Shown here piece by piece: positions 19,294-30,075 of a stretch of DNA of 64,000 nt. The notes under the pieces were generated by a model. That model had not been told where the DNA came from. It searched no databases and saw only the letters and a list, made by a program, of their open reading frames with translations. Made by a program: the position numbers and the translations under genes. Every line of letters starts with the position of its first letter. Position 1 is the stretch's first letter. Origin of the DNA: Deltaproteobacteria bacterium (GTDB lineage: Bacteria; Myxococcota; Kuafuiibacteriia; Kuafuiibacteriales; Kuafuiibacteriaceae); NCBI GenBank assembly GCA_040218735.1, contig JAVJQW010000070.1:96001-160000 (forward strand), given 5' to 3'.

Positions 19294-22200
19294 CTACCGA
19301 CGCTGGAACTGGTACGGCAGCGCGTACTCGCCCTGCGCCCAGGCCCACCACACGTCGAGCGACGTGTTGCTGTTCGGCACCGAGAGCCGCTGCTCCGTGT
19401 ACGGCGGAGCGCCGCTCACGTCGGAGATCCACAGCTCGTTCGCACCGGACGTCGCGAGCGCGCCGTTGAAGACCAACGACTGGCTGTCCGGCGTCCAGAA
19501 GAAGTCCCAACCGCCGTCCCAGCCGGTGCCTTGCGTACCGACGAGGTCGGCGCTCGACGACGCTGGCGTCGAGTGCGCGCGCGCCCAGTTCGTCGGCACC
19601 GGGCCGGAGATGTCCGCGACGAACAGGCTGTACGCCGAGTTCTCGTAGACCGTCACGGCGATCTTGTTGCCGTCCGGCGAGATGCGGAAGTTGTAGACGT
19701 CCTGCGACGACTGCGTGAACGGCGGGTGCACCTTGACGCGCTGGAACGGCGGGCCGTTGCCGACCGTGACCTGATACAGCTCGTAGTACGCCGCCGTGTC
19801 GAAGTCGCCGATGTAGAACACCTTCTGCATGTCCGGCGAGAACGCCGCCGCGAAGTACGGCGAGGTGTACATCTCGAGGGACGTGCTGTTCGTCGGCGCG
19901 ATCGTGTGCGCGGCCGCCGGCAGCGTCCCGCTCACGTCGGCCATGTACAGCTCGTCCGCGTTGTCCGTCGGGCCCAAGTCACCCATCGCGAGGATGTGCG
20001 TCGAGTCCGGCGACCACCACGCCTTGGTGATGTAGCGGTTCGACGTGGGCGCGATGTCCATCGCCTTCACCGCCGGCCCCGGCACCGTGCCGGAGATGTC
20101 GGAGATGAACACGTGGCGCGCGTTGTCGAGCTCACCTTCGCAGAGCATCATCACCTTCGTGCCGTCCGGAGAGATCGACAGCGTGTAGGACAGATCGTTG
20201 ATCGTGTAGACGTAGCAGTCCGCGTTCAGCGGCAACTCGGGGTTGAGCTGAATCGGCGTGCTCGGCGTCGGCCCCGACAGGTCGACCCAGTACACGTTGT
20301 CCTCGGACGTCGTGCCCGAGAAGTCACCGCTGTACACGACGCCACGCGAGTCCGGCGTCCAGTGCACCTGGTAGTTGGTGTCAGCCGAAGCGTACGCGAC
20401 ATCGTGGATGCTCACGGGCGGCGTCGGCGGGCCCGCCGGCAGCGCCGACAGGTCGACGTACCAGAAGCGCTGATCGCTGGAGACCGGGTCGGCCTCGTAG
20501 ACGATCTTCGTGCCGTCCGGCGAGAACCACCAGTCGTACTGCGTGACCTCGGTCGACGAGGAGTTGAACACCTGGCTGACGCGCACCGCCTGCGAGGGGT
20601 TCGACGGATCGCTGACGTCGACGACGAACAGCTCCTCGGCCGCGCTGACCGTCGCGTCCGCGGTGAACGCCAGCTTGCTGCCGTCCGGGCTGTACTTCAG
20701 ATAGAGCGCGCTGAGCGAGCCCGACAGGCCAATGCCGCCGCTGACCACGACCGGCGCGCTCGGCGTGCCGCTCCGCAGGTCGACGAGGTAGACGTCGTAC
20801 GTGTTGTCGGTCGTCAGGTCGCCGATGTACGCGAGCGTCTCGCCGTTGGGGGAGAAGCCGGCGTAGAAGTGGCCACTCGACGTGCTGCCGAGGACGTCGC
20901 CACCCGACGGCGCGTTGGCCGGGGTGATGTTCATCGGCGTGGTGCTCGGCGTGCCGCAGACCTCGTTGAGGTAGATCTCCTGCACCGCGCTCGCCTCGAC
21001 GTCACCCATGTGCATCACGAAGCGGAACCCACCCGGGACGTCCGCGACGTCCAGCGTGTAGGCCTGCGTGTCGGTCAGCCCGAAGGTGTCCGTGAGCGTG
21101 ACGGTGAAGTTGTACGTGCCGACGGTGGTGTCCGTCGTTCCGCGCAGCGTCGTCCCCGGGGTGCCCGTGGGGTCCAGCGAGAAGCCCGGCGGCAAGTTAC
21201 CTTGCACCGACCAGCTGTAGTTCGCGTTCGAGCCGCCCGTGCCCGTGATCCGGCGCGCGTACGCACCGCAGATCGGCGCCGCGGGGAGCGCGCTCGTGGT
21301 GATCGTCGGGAGCGTGTTCGGCGGGTCGACCGTGATCTGCACCTGCACCGAGTCCGTGTCGTTGTTCAGGTCGTAGACGGTCACCGTCGCGGTGAACGTC
21401 CCGAGCGCCTGCGGCAACCCGGAGAACACCGAGCCGGGCGTGCCAGGGACCTGGAGGCGAACGCCAGGCGGGAGGCCCTGCGCGACCCAGTTGTAGTTGC
21501 CGAACCCGTCCTGCGCTTCGATCGTCGCGCTGTACTGCTCGCCGCCGACGGCGTTGGGCAGCACGATGACGCCGTTCGTGTCGCCGATGATCTGGATCGG
21601 GATGACCTCCTCCTGAATCGACAACGTGAGCTGCTGGTCGTCCTGGTTGCCGCGCGAGTCGGTCACGACGACCGTGAAGTCGAAGGTCCCGAACTGGGTC
21701 GGCGTCCCGGAGATCGTCGTCTCCGTCGAGCCCATCGGGCTGGCCGCACCGATCGTGAGGCCGGCCGGGAGCTGACCTTCGTCGATCGACCACATGTACC
21801 CTTCGCCGCTGCCGTTGATCGCGCGGATGGTCGCCTCGTACGGCGTGTTCTCTTCGCCCGGGTCGATCTCCGTGGTCACGATGCGGACCGGCGGCGGCTC
21901 GGGCGCGATCTCCATGAAGATCGTCTTGCGCGCGTTCTCGCCGTCCTCGTCCCGAACCTCGATCTGGAACGTGAAGTTGCCGGACATGTTCGGCGTGCCT
22001 TCGATCGTCGTCGTCGTGCCGGAGCCCGCGTTGTCGAGCGTCAGCCCGGGGGGCAGCTCGCCGCCCTGGACGCGCCAGCTGTACTCACCCTTGCCACCCT
22101 CGGCCTCGAGCGTCGCCGAGTACGCGAGGTTCTCTTCGCCGTCCGGAATGTCCTGCGTGACGAAGTTGAGCGGCACGACGTTGTTCTGGACGTTCATCGT

Positions 22201-22839
22201 GAAGTCCATCGTCGCGCGGTTGTTCGCGCTGTCGGTGACGGTGACGGTGAACTCGTAGTCGCCGTCCGCGCCGGCCGGCGGGGTGCCCGCGAGCATCGTC
22301 GACGGCGTGCCTTCCTGCGCGAGCGTCAGCCCGGCCGGGAGCGTCCCGTTCGACACGCGCCAACGGTAGCCGTCGCCCGAGCCACCCGTCGCGATGATCT
22401 CCGCCGAGTACGCGACGTCCGTGCCGCCGTTCGGGACGTCGGCTGTGGTGATCGCGAGATCAGGCGGCGGCTCGGCGACCTCGACGGTGAACGCCTGCTC
22501 ACCGGTGTTGTCGCGGGAGTCGCTCACCTCGACGGTGAACGTGAACGAGCCGGCCGCGTTCAGCGTGCCGGAGAGTCGTGTGCTGGGGGTGCCGTTACCG
22601 CGCAGCTCGAGGCCGTCCGGCAGGGACCCACTCTTCACGGACCACGTGTAGCCCTCTTCGGTTCCACCCATAGCCTCGATGGTCGCGCTGTACCCCTCGC
22701 CCTGCACGCCCGCAGGGAGAGAGGTGGTTTCGAATTTCAAGTCGTCGACAGGCGGGAGCGTGGTGCCCCCGTCCCCGGAGCAGCCCGCAAAGGCTGCCGC
22801 GCCCATCAGGAACAGGAGCGATGTTGTTTGACGTCGCAT
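19294..22839 (-). CDS. Surface lipoprotein with six putative-Ig (He_PIG) domains and a TolB/PD40-like beta-propeller
   Basis: Lipobox FAGC; six TTxxLP..Y..W...G.LP.GL.L..GTP..G.F.FTV units; nine [FWYI][ST]P[DN][GSM] blade motifs. Confidence 0.88.
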   Translation of the reverse strand: MRRQTTSLLFLMGAAAFAGCSGDGGTTLPPVDDLKFETTSLPAGVQGEGYSATIEAMGGTEEGYTWSVKSGSLPDGLELRGNGTPSTRLSGTLNAAGSFTFTVEVSDSRDNTGEQAFTVEVAEPPPDLAITTADVPNGGTDVAYSAEIIATGGSGDGYRWRVSNGTLPAGLTLAQEGTPSTMLAGTPPAGADGDYEFTVTVTDSANNRATMDFTMNVQNNVVPLNFVTQDIPDGEENLAYSATLEAEGGKGEYSWRVQGGELPPGLTLDNAGSGTTTTIEGTPNMSGNFTFQIEVRDEDGENARKTIFMEIAPEPPPVRIVTTEIDPGEENTPYEATIRAINGSGEGYMWSIDEGQLPAGLTIGAASPMGSTETTISGTPTQFGTFDFTVVVTDSRGNQDDQQLTLSIQEEVIPIQIIGDTNGVIVLPNAVGGEQYSATIEAQDGFGNYNWVAQGLPPGVRLQVPGTPGSVFSGLPQALGTFTATVTVYDLNNDTDSVQVQITVDPPNTLPTITTSALPAAPICGAYARRITGTGGSNANYSWSVQGNLPPGFSLDPTGTPGTTLRGTTDTTVGTYNFTVTLTDTFGLTDTQAYTLDVADVPGGFRFVMHMGDVEASAVQEIYLNEVCGTPSTTPMNITPANAPSGGDVLGSTSSGHFYAGFSPNGETLAYIGDLTTDNTYDVYLVDLRSGTPSAPVVVSGGIGLSGSLSALYLKYSPDGSKLAFTADATVSAAEELFVVDVSDPSNPSQAVRVSQVFNSSSTEVTQYDWWFSPDGTKIVYEADPVSSDQRFWYVDLSALPAGPPTPPVSIHDVAYASADTNYQVHWTPDSRGVVYSGDFSGTTSEDNVYWVDLSGPTPSTPIQLNPELPLNADCYVYTINDLSYTLSISPDGTKVMMLCEGELDNARHVFISDISGTVPGPAVKAMDIAPTSNRYITKAWWSPDSTHILAMGDLGPTDNADELYMADVSGTLPAAAHTIAPTNSTSLEMYTSPYFAAAFSPDMQKVFYIGDFDTAAYYELYQVTVGNGPPFQRVKVHPPFTQSSQDVYNFRISPDGNKIAVTVYENSAYSLFVADISGPVPTNWARAHSTPASSSADLVGTQGTGWDGGWDFFWTPDSQSLVFNGALATSGANELWISDVSGAPPYTEQRLSVPNSNTSLDVWWAWAQGEYALPYQFQRR

Positions 22840-23147
22840 AGCTATCAGTCACCTCGGTTTTTGTTTTCGGATCGTCTGTGCGTTGTCCCCTAGCGTGCGA
22901 AGACCAGGAGAGGCGTACTGCGAGCGGAACCTTACCCGAACCGAGTGGTTTGGATCACGGCTGCGAGGCGAGCCGCCGTGAAAATTTTTGTGCAGAACGG
23001 CGCGAGGATACGCACGCACATCGTGGACGAAGCGCGATTTCTGAAGAAACCTCGGGCACCTGCGTCGGATGCGACCCCCTGGTCCATCCGTCATCCGGCG
23101 CCCGAAGAAAAATGCACGCCAACGTGTTGAAACCCTGAACTTTTCTA

Positions 23148-25529
23148 TCAAAAGGCGCCGGGCGGACCCGCGATGCGCCCTTCGTCTCCCGCCGGGACGA
23201 AGGTGGGACCGACCACGGTTTCGACGCGACCCGACCTCGGGATCGGTTCCGGCGGCGCCGGGAGGTGCTCGGGCTCGGCGTAGGCCGCGACCGCCGCCTC
23301 GACCGTCGGGTCCTCGGCCGGCGTCTCCTCGTTCGGGTACAGGCGCGCGTAACCACGCGCGCGCGCGAGGACGACTTTGACGAACGCCCGCGTCTCCGCG
23401 ACCGGGATCTCTTCGGCGAGCTCGTCGGGCGAAGGCATCTCGCCGACGCCGCGACCCGACACCCCCTCCAACGCGCGCAACCGGCGCTGCGTCCAGGCGT
23501 CCACGGCGTTCGGACCGGCGTTGTAGGCCGCGAGCGCGAGCACCTCGCTGCCCTCGTACCGATCCAACAGCTCGCGGAGGTAGGCCGCGCCGAGGCGTGC
23601 GTTGAACGCCGGGTCGTAGAGCAGCCGGTTCTTCGTCGCGCGCCCGGCTTTGAGTCGCCAGGCGACCGTGCGCGCCGTGGGCAAGATGAGTTGCGCCAGA
23701 CCGTACGCGTTCATCGCGCTCACCGCGTCGGGCCTGAACCCGCTCTCGGTGCGGATCAAACCGAACAGCAGCGACACCGGGATCTCGAACTCCGCCGCCG
23801 CGGCGCGGATCGGCTCCTCGAACTTGAGCGGATGTGCACGCTTTGCAGCCCGAACGAACGCCGCGCTCCCCAACGCCGTCGGGTACGCGCGCGCGCCCTC
23901 CTCCCGCACGCGTCGGGCGTCGAGCGTCTTGCCGAGCTCTTCGTACATCCGGGCCATCGCGTGGTACGTCGGCTCTGCGATGCGGCGCCCGCTCGCGCGC
24001 GTCTGCTTCTCGAACGACGCCAGCTGCGCGAGCGCGCGACTGCGCAGCCCGAGGCGCGCGTACTCCCGCACCTGCACCAACGCCTGCGGAACCTTCGCGA
24101 CCTCGATCTCCCCTTCGCCGTCCGCCTCGAACGTCGGCTCTTCGAGGCGCTCGGCGATCTGCCCTTCCGCGAGCGCCGCGTAGTACGAGAGCGGGTAGCG
24201 CTCGACGATCGACCGGAACGCATCACGCGCGGCCTCGACGTCCCCTAGCGAGGCCTGGCTCCGCGCGAGCCAGTACCGCGACGCGCCGTCGAGGTCGGCC
24301 GGGAGCTGCATCTTCGTCACCGACGTGAAGAACTCCTTCGCGCGTGCGTACTGGCCGAGGCGGAAGTAGCCCCACCCCACGTTCCACACGCAGCGCCGGC
24401 GGTAGGTCGAGACGGGATTCACGAGGAGCAGCGACTCACAACGCTCGCGCGCGTTCTTGTACTTGCGCGTCCGCAGATGGATCTCGGCGGCGCGGAACAT
24501 CGCAGCCTCCGCCTCGGGGCGATCCGCGAAGCGCGCCGCGATCGTCTCGTACGCCCGCAACGCATCGCGCTGTCGACCGAGCAGCTCCATCATCTGCGCG
24601 CTCGCGAGCTCGACCTTGGCGCGGAGGTCCGTCACCGCCGTCGGCGCGAGCTGCGCGGCGCGCGCGAAGTGCGACTGCGCCGTGCGGTACCGACGCCGAC
24701 GCTTCGCCACGCGGCCACGCGCGTAGACGACCTCCGCGATGAGGCGTCCCGCGCCGCGCCCCGCGAGGCGGCGCTCGAGCTTCTGCATGACGTCGTCGAA
24801 CTTGTCCTCGTCCTCCAGCGAACGCGCGTAGGCGAGGATCGCGCGGCGGTCGGACTCGTCGAGCATCGGCTTGTCGCCGATCTTCAGACGCGCGAGCGCG
24901 GCGAGCGCGGGGCCGGCGAGCTTCGGCTCGTCCGCCTTCTGCCAGACCTCGCGCAGCCCGCGGAACGCGCCGAGCACGTCGCCCGTCCGGTGCCGCGCGA
25001 GCGCGAGCACGTACGTGAGCTCGACGTCGAGCCCACCGTCGCGCCGCTCCTGTTCGAGCCAGCGCGCGAGACGCGAGAAGTCCGTCGCCTCCAGGAGCGC
25101 CCACGCACGGAGGCGCCGGGCCTCGTCGGCGCGCGGGCTCTGCGCCGACACCTGCGCGAGCACTTGCGCGGCGTCGAGGTAGCTCTTCCACAGGTAGAGC
25201 GCCTGCCCGCGGAGGAAGCGGTGGTCGTCGACGAGCACCGGGTACGAGGACGCGAGCTCGTCGAACAGGCGCGCGGCTTCTTCGTACGCGCCGAGGCGGA
25301 TGAGCGAGACGCCGAGGAGGTAACGCGCTTGGGGGCGCTCCTTCGCGGTGGGGTGCTCGCGGAGCAGGCGCTTGAGGTACTGCACGCCGCGGGCGGTGTC
25401 GCCGCGGACGATCATGCGCTGCGCGGACTCGAAGGGGCCGCCTTCGAAGTAGGCCTCGGCTTCGAACGGTTCGATCGCGGGTGGCGCGGCGAGCCCGGCG
25501 AGCAGCAAGACGGCGAACACAAACGCCAT
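23148..25529 (-). CDS. Soluble lytic murein transglycosylase (SLT domain) with TPR repeats
   Basis: LIRTESGFRPDAVS, AYGLAQLILPTA, LAAYNAGP, EEIPVAETRAFVK; YPLSYYA linker. Confidence 0.92.
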   Translation of the reverse strand: MAFVFAVLLLAGLAAPPAIEPFEAEAYFEGGPFESAQRMIVRGDTARGVQYLKRLLREHPTAKERPQARYLLGVSLIRLGAYEEAARLFDELASSYPVLVDDHRFLRGQALYLWKSYLDAAQVLAQVSAQSPRADEARRLRAWALLEATDFSRLARWLEQERRDGGLDVELTYVLALARHRTGDVLGAFRGLREVWQKADEPKLAGPALAALARLKIGDKPMLDESDRRAILAYARSLEDEDKFDDVMQKLERRLAGRGAGRLIAEVVYARGRVAKRRRRYRTAQSHFARAAQLAPTAVTDLRAKVELASAQMMELLGRQRDALRAYETIAARFADRPEAEAAMFRAAEIHLRTRKYKNARERCESLLLVNPVSTYRRRCVWNVGWGYFRLGQYARAKEFFTSVTKMQLPADLDGASRYWLARSQASLGDVEAARDAFRSIVERYPLSYYAALAEGQIAERLEEPTFEADGEGEIEVAKVPQALVQVREYARLGLRSRALAQLASFEKQTRASGRRIAEPTYHAMARMYEELGKTLDARRVREEGARAYPTALGSAAFVRAAKRAHPLKFEEPIRAAAAEFEIPVSLLFGLIRTESGFRPDAVSAMNAYGLAQLILPTARTVAWRLKAGRATKNRLLYDPAFNARLGAAYLRELLDRYEGSEVLALAAYNAGPNAVDAWTQRRLRALEGVSGRGVGEMPSPDELAEEIPVAETRAFVKVVLARARGYARLYPNEETPAEDPTVEAAVAAYAEPEHLPAPPEPIPRSGRVETVVGPTFVPAGDEGRIAGPPGAF

Positions 25530-25613
25530 GATGCCACCCCGCACCGAGCGGCGCGAAGAAGCGGCGGCGACGCCGCAAATTTGGGGGGCTCGAGGCTTCG
25601 CCTCTCGTCCCCC

Positions 25614-27569
25614 TTAGCGCGAAGCAGCCTCTTCCGCGGCCAGCCCCTGCAGCGCCTCGAGCACCTGCCGCTCGGTCTCTTCCTGCTGCTGCAACAAGCT
25701 CTCGATCGCCTGCGTGCGGTGCTGCTTCTTCAGCCAGTACGTGTCGAGGACGCCGAACTCGGCGCGCATCGCGGCGTCGTCGAGCGAGGACTTCACGTCC
25801 GACAGCGCGCCGCGCGCGACGGCGACGGTCGTCGGCTTCGCGTCCGACTCCAGCGTGGAGAGCGACTTCATGATGTCGACGACCTCGGCGCGGATCGACG
25901 ACAGCATCCCCTGCGCCTGCTTGCGACGGGACTCCTCTTCGTACTCGACCAGGAGGATCTCACCTTCGACCGCGCGGGCCATGTTGCGCAGCTGCTCGAT
26001 CATCTGACCGACCTCGCGCGCCTGGGCCGCGTGGGTGTGGTCGACCTGGACCTCGCCGTCCGCGCTCGCGTGACGCTGGTGACGACGCAGCGCCTCCTCG
26101 GTCCCGCCCGCGTGGCTCTCGAGGTGGCGGACGTCCCGCAAAAGCGTCTCGAGGTTCTGGCGACGCAGCTCCAACCCGACGAACGCCTTGTCCGCGGTGA
26201 GCGAGCGCGTCAGCGCGTCGATGTCGTCGACCATCTTCCAGACCTCGTCCTTCGCGAAACGAACGCCGCGGTCGATGCGGTAGGCCTGGTCGACGTTCGG
26301 CGTCCACGCGTCGGCGAAGAGCGTCGCGGGGCCCGGCGAGGGCTCGTCCGACAGACCGACGTTGCGCTCCATCGACGTGAACAGGAACTCGGCCGGGTCC
26401 TCGATCTCGACGACGGCCTGCGCGTAGAGGTCACGCTCCTGCACGACCTGACCGTGCAGGTGCGTGTAGCTCGCGATCGAGTCGGCGTACCGATTCATGT
26501 GCGCGAGCAGCGACGCCTTGAACAACCGCGCGTCCACCTGCCGCGTACCGCGGGCGCCGAGATCTTCCACGCACTGCGCGCGCATCAACGCCCCGCGGCG
26601 CGTGCCGCGCTCGACGTCCAGGTGCGCCCGCTCCCAACACGCCTCGCGCAGGTGCGGCGAGCCGTCGGGGATGCGGCGGTAGGCCTCGTCGGCGGCCGCG
26701 AGGTCGCCGCGCTCCCAGCGCAGGCGCGCCGCGGACAGCGCCGCGAGCTGGCGCACGTCGGTCTCGATCGTCGTCTGTTTCTCGGGGAGGTCCGCGGGGA
26801 GCGCCCAGTCCATGACCGCGGCGAACCAGCGCTCGGCGTTTTCGAGGTCGCCCTCTTCCACGAACACGACGCCTGCCAGGTAAGCGGCGCGCGAGCCGAA
26901 GGCGCTATCGGAGGGGACCGTCGCGAGCAGCGCGCGGGCCTCGGTGAGCTTGCGGTCCGCGCGCAGCGCGAAGCCGACCTCGTACATCACCTTGGCGGCG
27001 GTCTCGCTGCCCGCCGCGTTTTCGCCGCCGCGGTGCCGCCACAGGTCGTACAGCTCGAGGCGGCGGTCGAGGCGCTCGTTGCGCCGCGCGAGGTTGAACC
27101 AGCGGCCACCCGCCTCGGCCATCTGCTCCGGCGTGCCGCCGGCCTTCAGGGCGAGCTCGGCGTAGTGCATCGCGCCGATGTCCTCGGCGTTGCTCGCGAG
27201 GATCTCGGAGGTGAGGAGCAGCGTGTCGACGTACTCGGGGAGCTTCGTGAAGTTCGGATCCGCGAGGCGCCCCATCAGCATCTCGAGCGCGCGATCCTCG
27301 TTGCCCAGCGCACGCTCGATCTCCGCGGCGCCGAGGATGCGGCGCTGGTCCGCCTCACTCTCGGGGAGCGGCGGGATCGCGGGGCGGGTGCGGTAGAAGT
27401 CGAGCGTGTCCTTGAGCCGCTGCACTTCGCGGCGGATCTGGTCGTTCGGCATCGCGACGTCGTGCGCGAGCGCCGACGTCGAGCACAATCCCATGAGGAG
27501 CGGCAGCGTGTAGCGGACCAACGAGTTCGACAGCCGGTTCGGGTGAGGGGGCGACGACAGTTTCCGCAC
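25614..27569 (-). CDS. Secreted TPR/coiled-coil protein
   Basis: Signal peptide ending ALA; TPR-like AAYLAGVVFVEEGDLENA and AARLRWERGDLAAADEAYRRIP; start uncertain. Confidence 0.75.
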   Translation of the reverse strand: MRKLSSPPHPNRLSNSLVRYTLPLLMGLCSTSALAHDVAMPNDQIRREVQRLKDTLDFYRTRPAIPPLPESEADQRRILGAAEIERALGNEDRALEMLMGRLADPNFTKLPEYVDTLLLTSEILASNAEDIGAMHYAELALKAGGTPEQMAEAGGRWFNLARRNERLDRRLELYDLWRHRGGENAAGSETAAKVMYEVGFALRADRKLTEARALLATVPSDSAFGSRAAYLAGVVFVEEGDLENAERWFAAVMDWALPADLPEKQTTIETDVRQLAALSAARLRWERGDLAAADEAYRRIPDGSPHLREACWERAHLDVERGTRRGALMRAQCVEDLGARGTRQVDARLFKASLLAHMNRYADSIASYTHLHGQVVQERDLYAQAVVEIEDPAEFLFTSMERNVGLSDEPSPGPATLFADAWTPNVDQAYRIDRGVRFAKDEVWKMVDDIDALTRSLTADKAFVGLELRRQNLETLLRDVRHLESHAGGTEEALRRHQRHASADGEVQVDHTHAAQAREVGQMIEQLRNMARAVEGEILLVEYEEESRRKQAQGMLSSIRAEVVDIMKSLSTLESDAKPTTVAVARGALSDVKSSLDDAAMRAEFGVLDTYWLKKQHRTQAIESLLQQQEETERQVLEALQGLAAEEAASR

Positions 27570-27743
27570 GCGCGACTCTCTTGTAGCAAACACCGGGCAC
27601 AAAACGCACGTTCGTGATCTCACGTACGCCTCCCCCATGGGTGGCCGGAACCCGACAAAAATGTCCCGAAAAATCGGGGGTCTGGTGGTTTTTGCACGCT
27701 ATTGACCCCGATCCGGTTCCCGACTAACACCGGCGCTGAACAA

Positions 27744-30065
27744 ATGGACCCAAGTCAAATCTCGGATGTCGCGCTCTCCGAGGAGGCGCGCCGCCTGTAC
27801 ATGAACTACGCGCTCAGCGTCATCACGGCGCGGGCGCTGCCCGACGTCCGGGACGGTCTGAAGCCGGTGCAACGCCGGATCCTGTACGCGATGTACAACG
27901 ATCTGCGCGTCCTCCCCGACGGCAAGCCCATCAAGAGCGCCAAGATCGTCGGTGCCGTGCTGGGTTCCTACCATCCGCACGGAGACAGTGCCGCCTACGA
28001 CGCCATGGTTCGCCTCGCCCAGGATTGGGTGATGCGGGCGCCGCTGGTGCGTGGGCAGGGTAACTTCGGATCCGCCGACGGCGACCGCCCCGCGGCCCAG
28101 CGGTACACCGAGGCGAAGCTGACGCCGATCGCGCTGGAGCTGCTCGCGGAGCTCAAGAAGAAGACGGTCCAATACCGCCCGACCTACGACGCCACGAGCG
28201 TCGAGCCGATCGTCCTCCCCGCGCGGTTCTGCAACCTCCTGGTGAACGGCGCGCAGGGCATCGCGGTCGGTATGGCCACGAGCATCCCGCCGCACAACCT
28301 CGGCGAGGTCTGCGACGCGCTCACGATGATGATCGACGATCCGGACGTCTCGCTCGCGCGGGTCCTCCAGAAGATCAAGGGCCCGGACTTCCCGACCGGC
28401 GGCGAGATCGTCACGTCGAAGCAGGAGCTGAAGCAGGTCTACGGCACCGGTCAGGGGAGCCTGAAGATCCGCGGCGAGTGGAAGTCGGAGATGAAGCGCG
28501 GGACGGAGCGCATCGTCATCCACGCCATTCCGTACGCGCTGGATCGGAGCGCGCTCGTCACGAAGATCGCGGAGGTCATCACCGGCAAGAAGCTGCCGGC
28601 GCTGGTCGACGTGCGCGACGAGTCGACCGACACCACGCGCATCGTGCTCGAGACGAAGAAGGGCACGAACCCGGACCTCGTCATGGCGTATCTGATGAAG
28701 CACACGCCGCTTCAGGGGAACCAGGGCGTCAACCTGACTTGCCTCGTGCCCGGCGACGGAGAGCTCCCCACGCCGGAGCGCCTCGACCTGCTCGCGATCC
28801 TTCGACACTTCCTCGATTTCAGATTCGAGATGGTCAAGAACCGGCTCACCCACGAGCTGGATTTGTTGAACAAACGCCTCCACATCCTGGAGGGGCTCGA
28901 GAAGGTCTTCGACGCGCTCGACGAGATCATCAAGATCATCCGTCGAAGCGAGGGGAAGAAGGACGCGGCCGGCAAGATCATGAAGCGGTTCGGTCTGGAC
29001 GAAGAGCAGACCGACGCCATCCTCGAGCTGAAGCTCTATCGCCTCGCGAAGCTGGAGATCCTGATCATCCGCCAGGAGGCCGACGAGAAGCGCAAGGAGG
29101 CGAAGCGCATCGCCGCGCTCCTCAAGAGCCCCAAGCGGATGTGGGGTGTGGTGAAGGACGAGATCACCGAGATTCGCGACAAGTACGCCGACAAGCGGCG
29201 CACGCGGATCATCACCGCCGAGGAGGAGGCCGAGTTCTCGGAGGAGGACTTCATCATCGAGGAGGACGCCGTGGTGATCCTCACGGCGAACGGCTGGGTG
29301 AAGCGCCAGGGTTCGGTGAAGGACCTGTCGACGACGCGTGTGAAGGACAAGGACCGCGTGCTCGCGTGTGTGGCCGGGTCGACGCGATCGACGGTCGGCT
29401 TCTTCTCGAGCAAGGGCCACTGCTACGTCACGCGCATCGCGGACATCCCGGCGTCGACCGGCTACGGCGACCCGATGCAGAAGATCTTCAAGCTCGGCGA
29501 CGGCGAGACGATCGTCGGCGCGGTCTCGTTCGACCCGCGCATGATGCCGCTCCCGGAGGAGGAGGAGATCTACGAGGACGGCTCGCCCTGCCCGCCCTAC
29601 GGCGTCGCGGTGACGAAGCTCGGCCTCGCGCTGCGCTTCCCGCTGTTCGGGCACAAGGAGCCGTCGACGCGCGCGGGTCGCAAGTTCGCGCGCCTCAAGT
29701 CGGGCGACGCGGTGCTGACGACCTTCACCGTCAAGGACGGCGACGAAGGCTTCGTCGTCGCGGCGGCGCGGGACGGTCACGCGATCGCGGTGGACCTCGA
29801 CGACGTCGCGCTGCTGTCCGGCCCCGGGCGCGGGACGATGCTCATCAAGCTCGGGTCGGGCGTGGAGCTGCTCGCGGCGAAGTACGCGCCCTCCCCGCGC
29901 ACGGAGCCGCTGGTGGTGCGCACGGACAAGGGCAAGAAGTACGAGCTGTTCGCGGAGGGCTTGCTCACCACGCGCGGCGGGCGCGGCAAGGCGGTCGTGA
30001 AGCGTTCGGACTTCGCGACGGTCGACCACGAGCTGCCGCCGGTTCCGGAGCTGGGCGAGAGCTGA
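27744..30065 (+). CDS. parC: Type IIA topoisomerase subunit A (topoisomerase IV ParC-like)
   Basis: [36 protein letters not shown] (catalytic Tyr); no canonical GyrA box in the first CTD blade. Confidence 0.85.
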   Translation: MDPSQISDVALSEEARRLYMNYALSVITARALPDVRDGLKPVQRRILYAMYNDLRVLPDGKPIKSAKIVGAVLGSYHPHGDSAAYDAMVRLAQDWVMRAPLVRGQGNFGSADGDRPAAQRYTEAKLTPIALELLAELKKKTVQYRPTYDATSVEPIVLPARFCNLLVNGAQGIAVGMATSIPPHNLGEVCDALTMMIDDPDVSLARVLQKIKGPDFPTGGEIVTSKQELKQVYGTGQGSLKIRGEWKSEMKRGTERIVIHAIPYALDRSALVTKIAEVITGKKLPALVDVRDESTDTTRIVLETKKGTNPDLVMAYLMKHTPLQGNQGVNLTCLVPGDGELPTPERLDLLAILRHFLDFRFEMVKNRLTHELDLLNKRLHILEGLEKVFDALDEIIKIIRRSEGKKDAAGKIMKRFGLDEEQTDAILELKLYRLAKLEILIIRQEADEKRKEAKRIAALLKSPKRMWGVVKDEITEIRDKYADKRRTRIITAEEEAEFSEEDFIIEEDAVVILTANGWVKRQGSVKDLSTTRVKDKDRVLACVAGSTRSTVGFFSSKGHCYVTRIADIPASTGYGDPMQKIFKLGDGETIVGAVSFDPRMMPLPEEEEIYEDGSPCPPYGVAVTKLGLALRFPLFGHKEPSTRAGRKFARLKSGDAVLTTFTVKDGDEGFVVAAARDGHAIAVDLDDVALLSGPGRGTMLIKLGSGVELLAAKYAPSPRTEPLVVRTDKGKKYELFAEGLLTTRGGRGKAVVKRSDFATVDHELPPVPELGES

Positions 30066-30075
30066 GGAGGACGCC

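Noticed and set aside
19531-22893. Very long antisense ORFs (e.g. 19531..22893 +, 24477..27617 +, 27699..30086 -, 40457..44482 -, 11180..13180 -)
   Set aside because: Shadow frames of real high-GC genes; Arg/Ala-rich with no motifs
27680-27697. Sigma54 promoter upstream of parC (CTGGTGGTTTTTGCA)
   Set aside because: GG-to-GC spacing is 8 nt rather than the required 10
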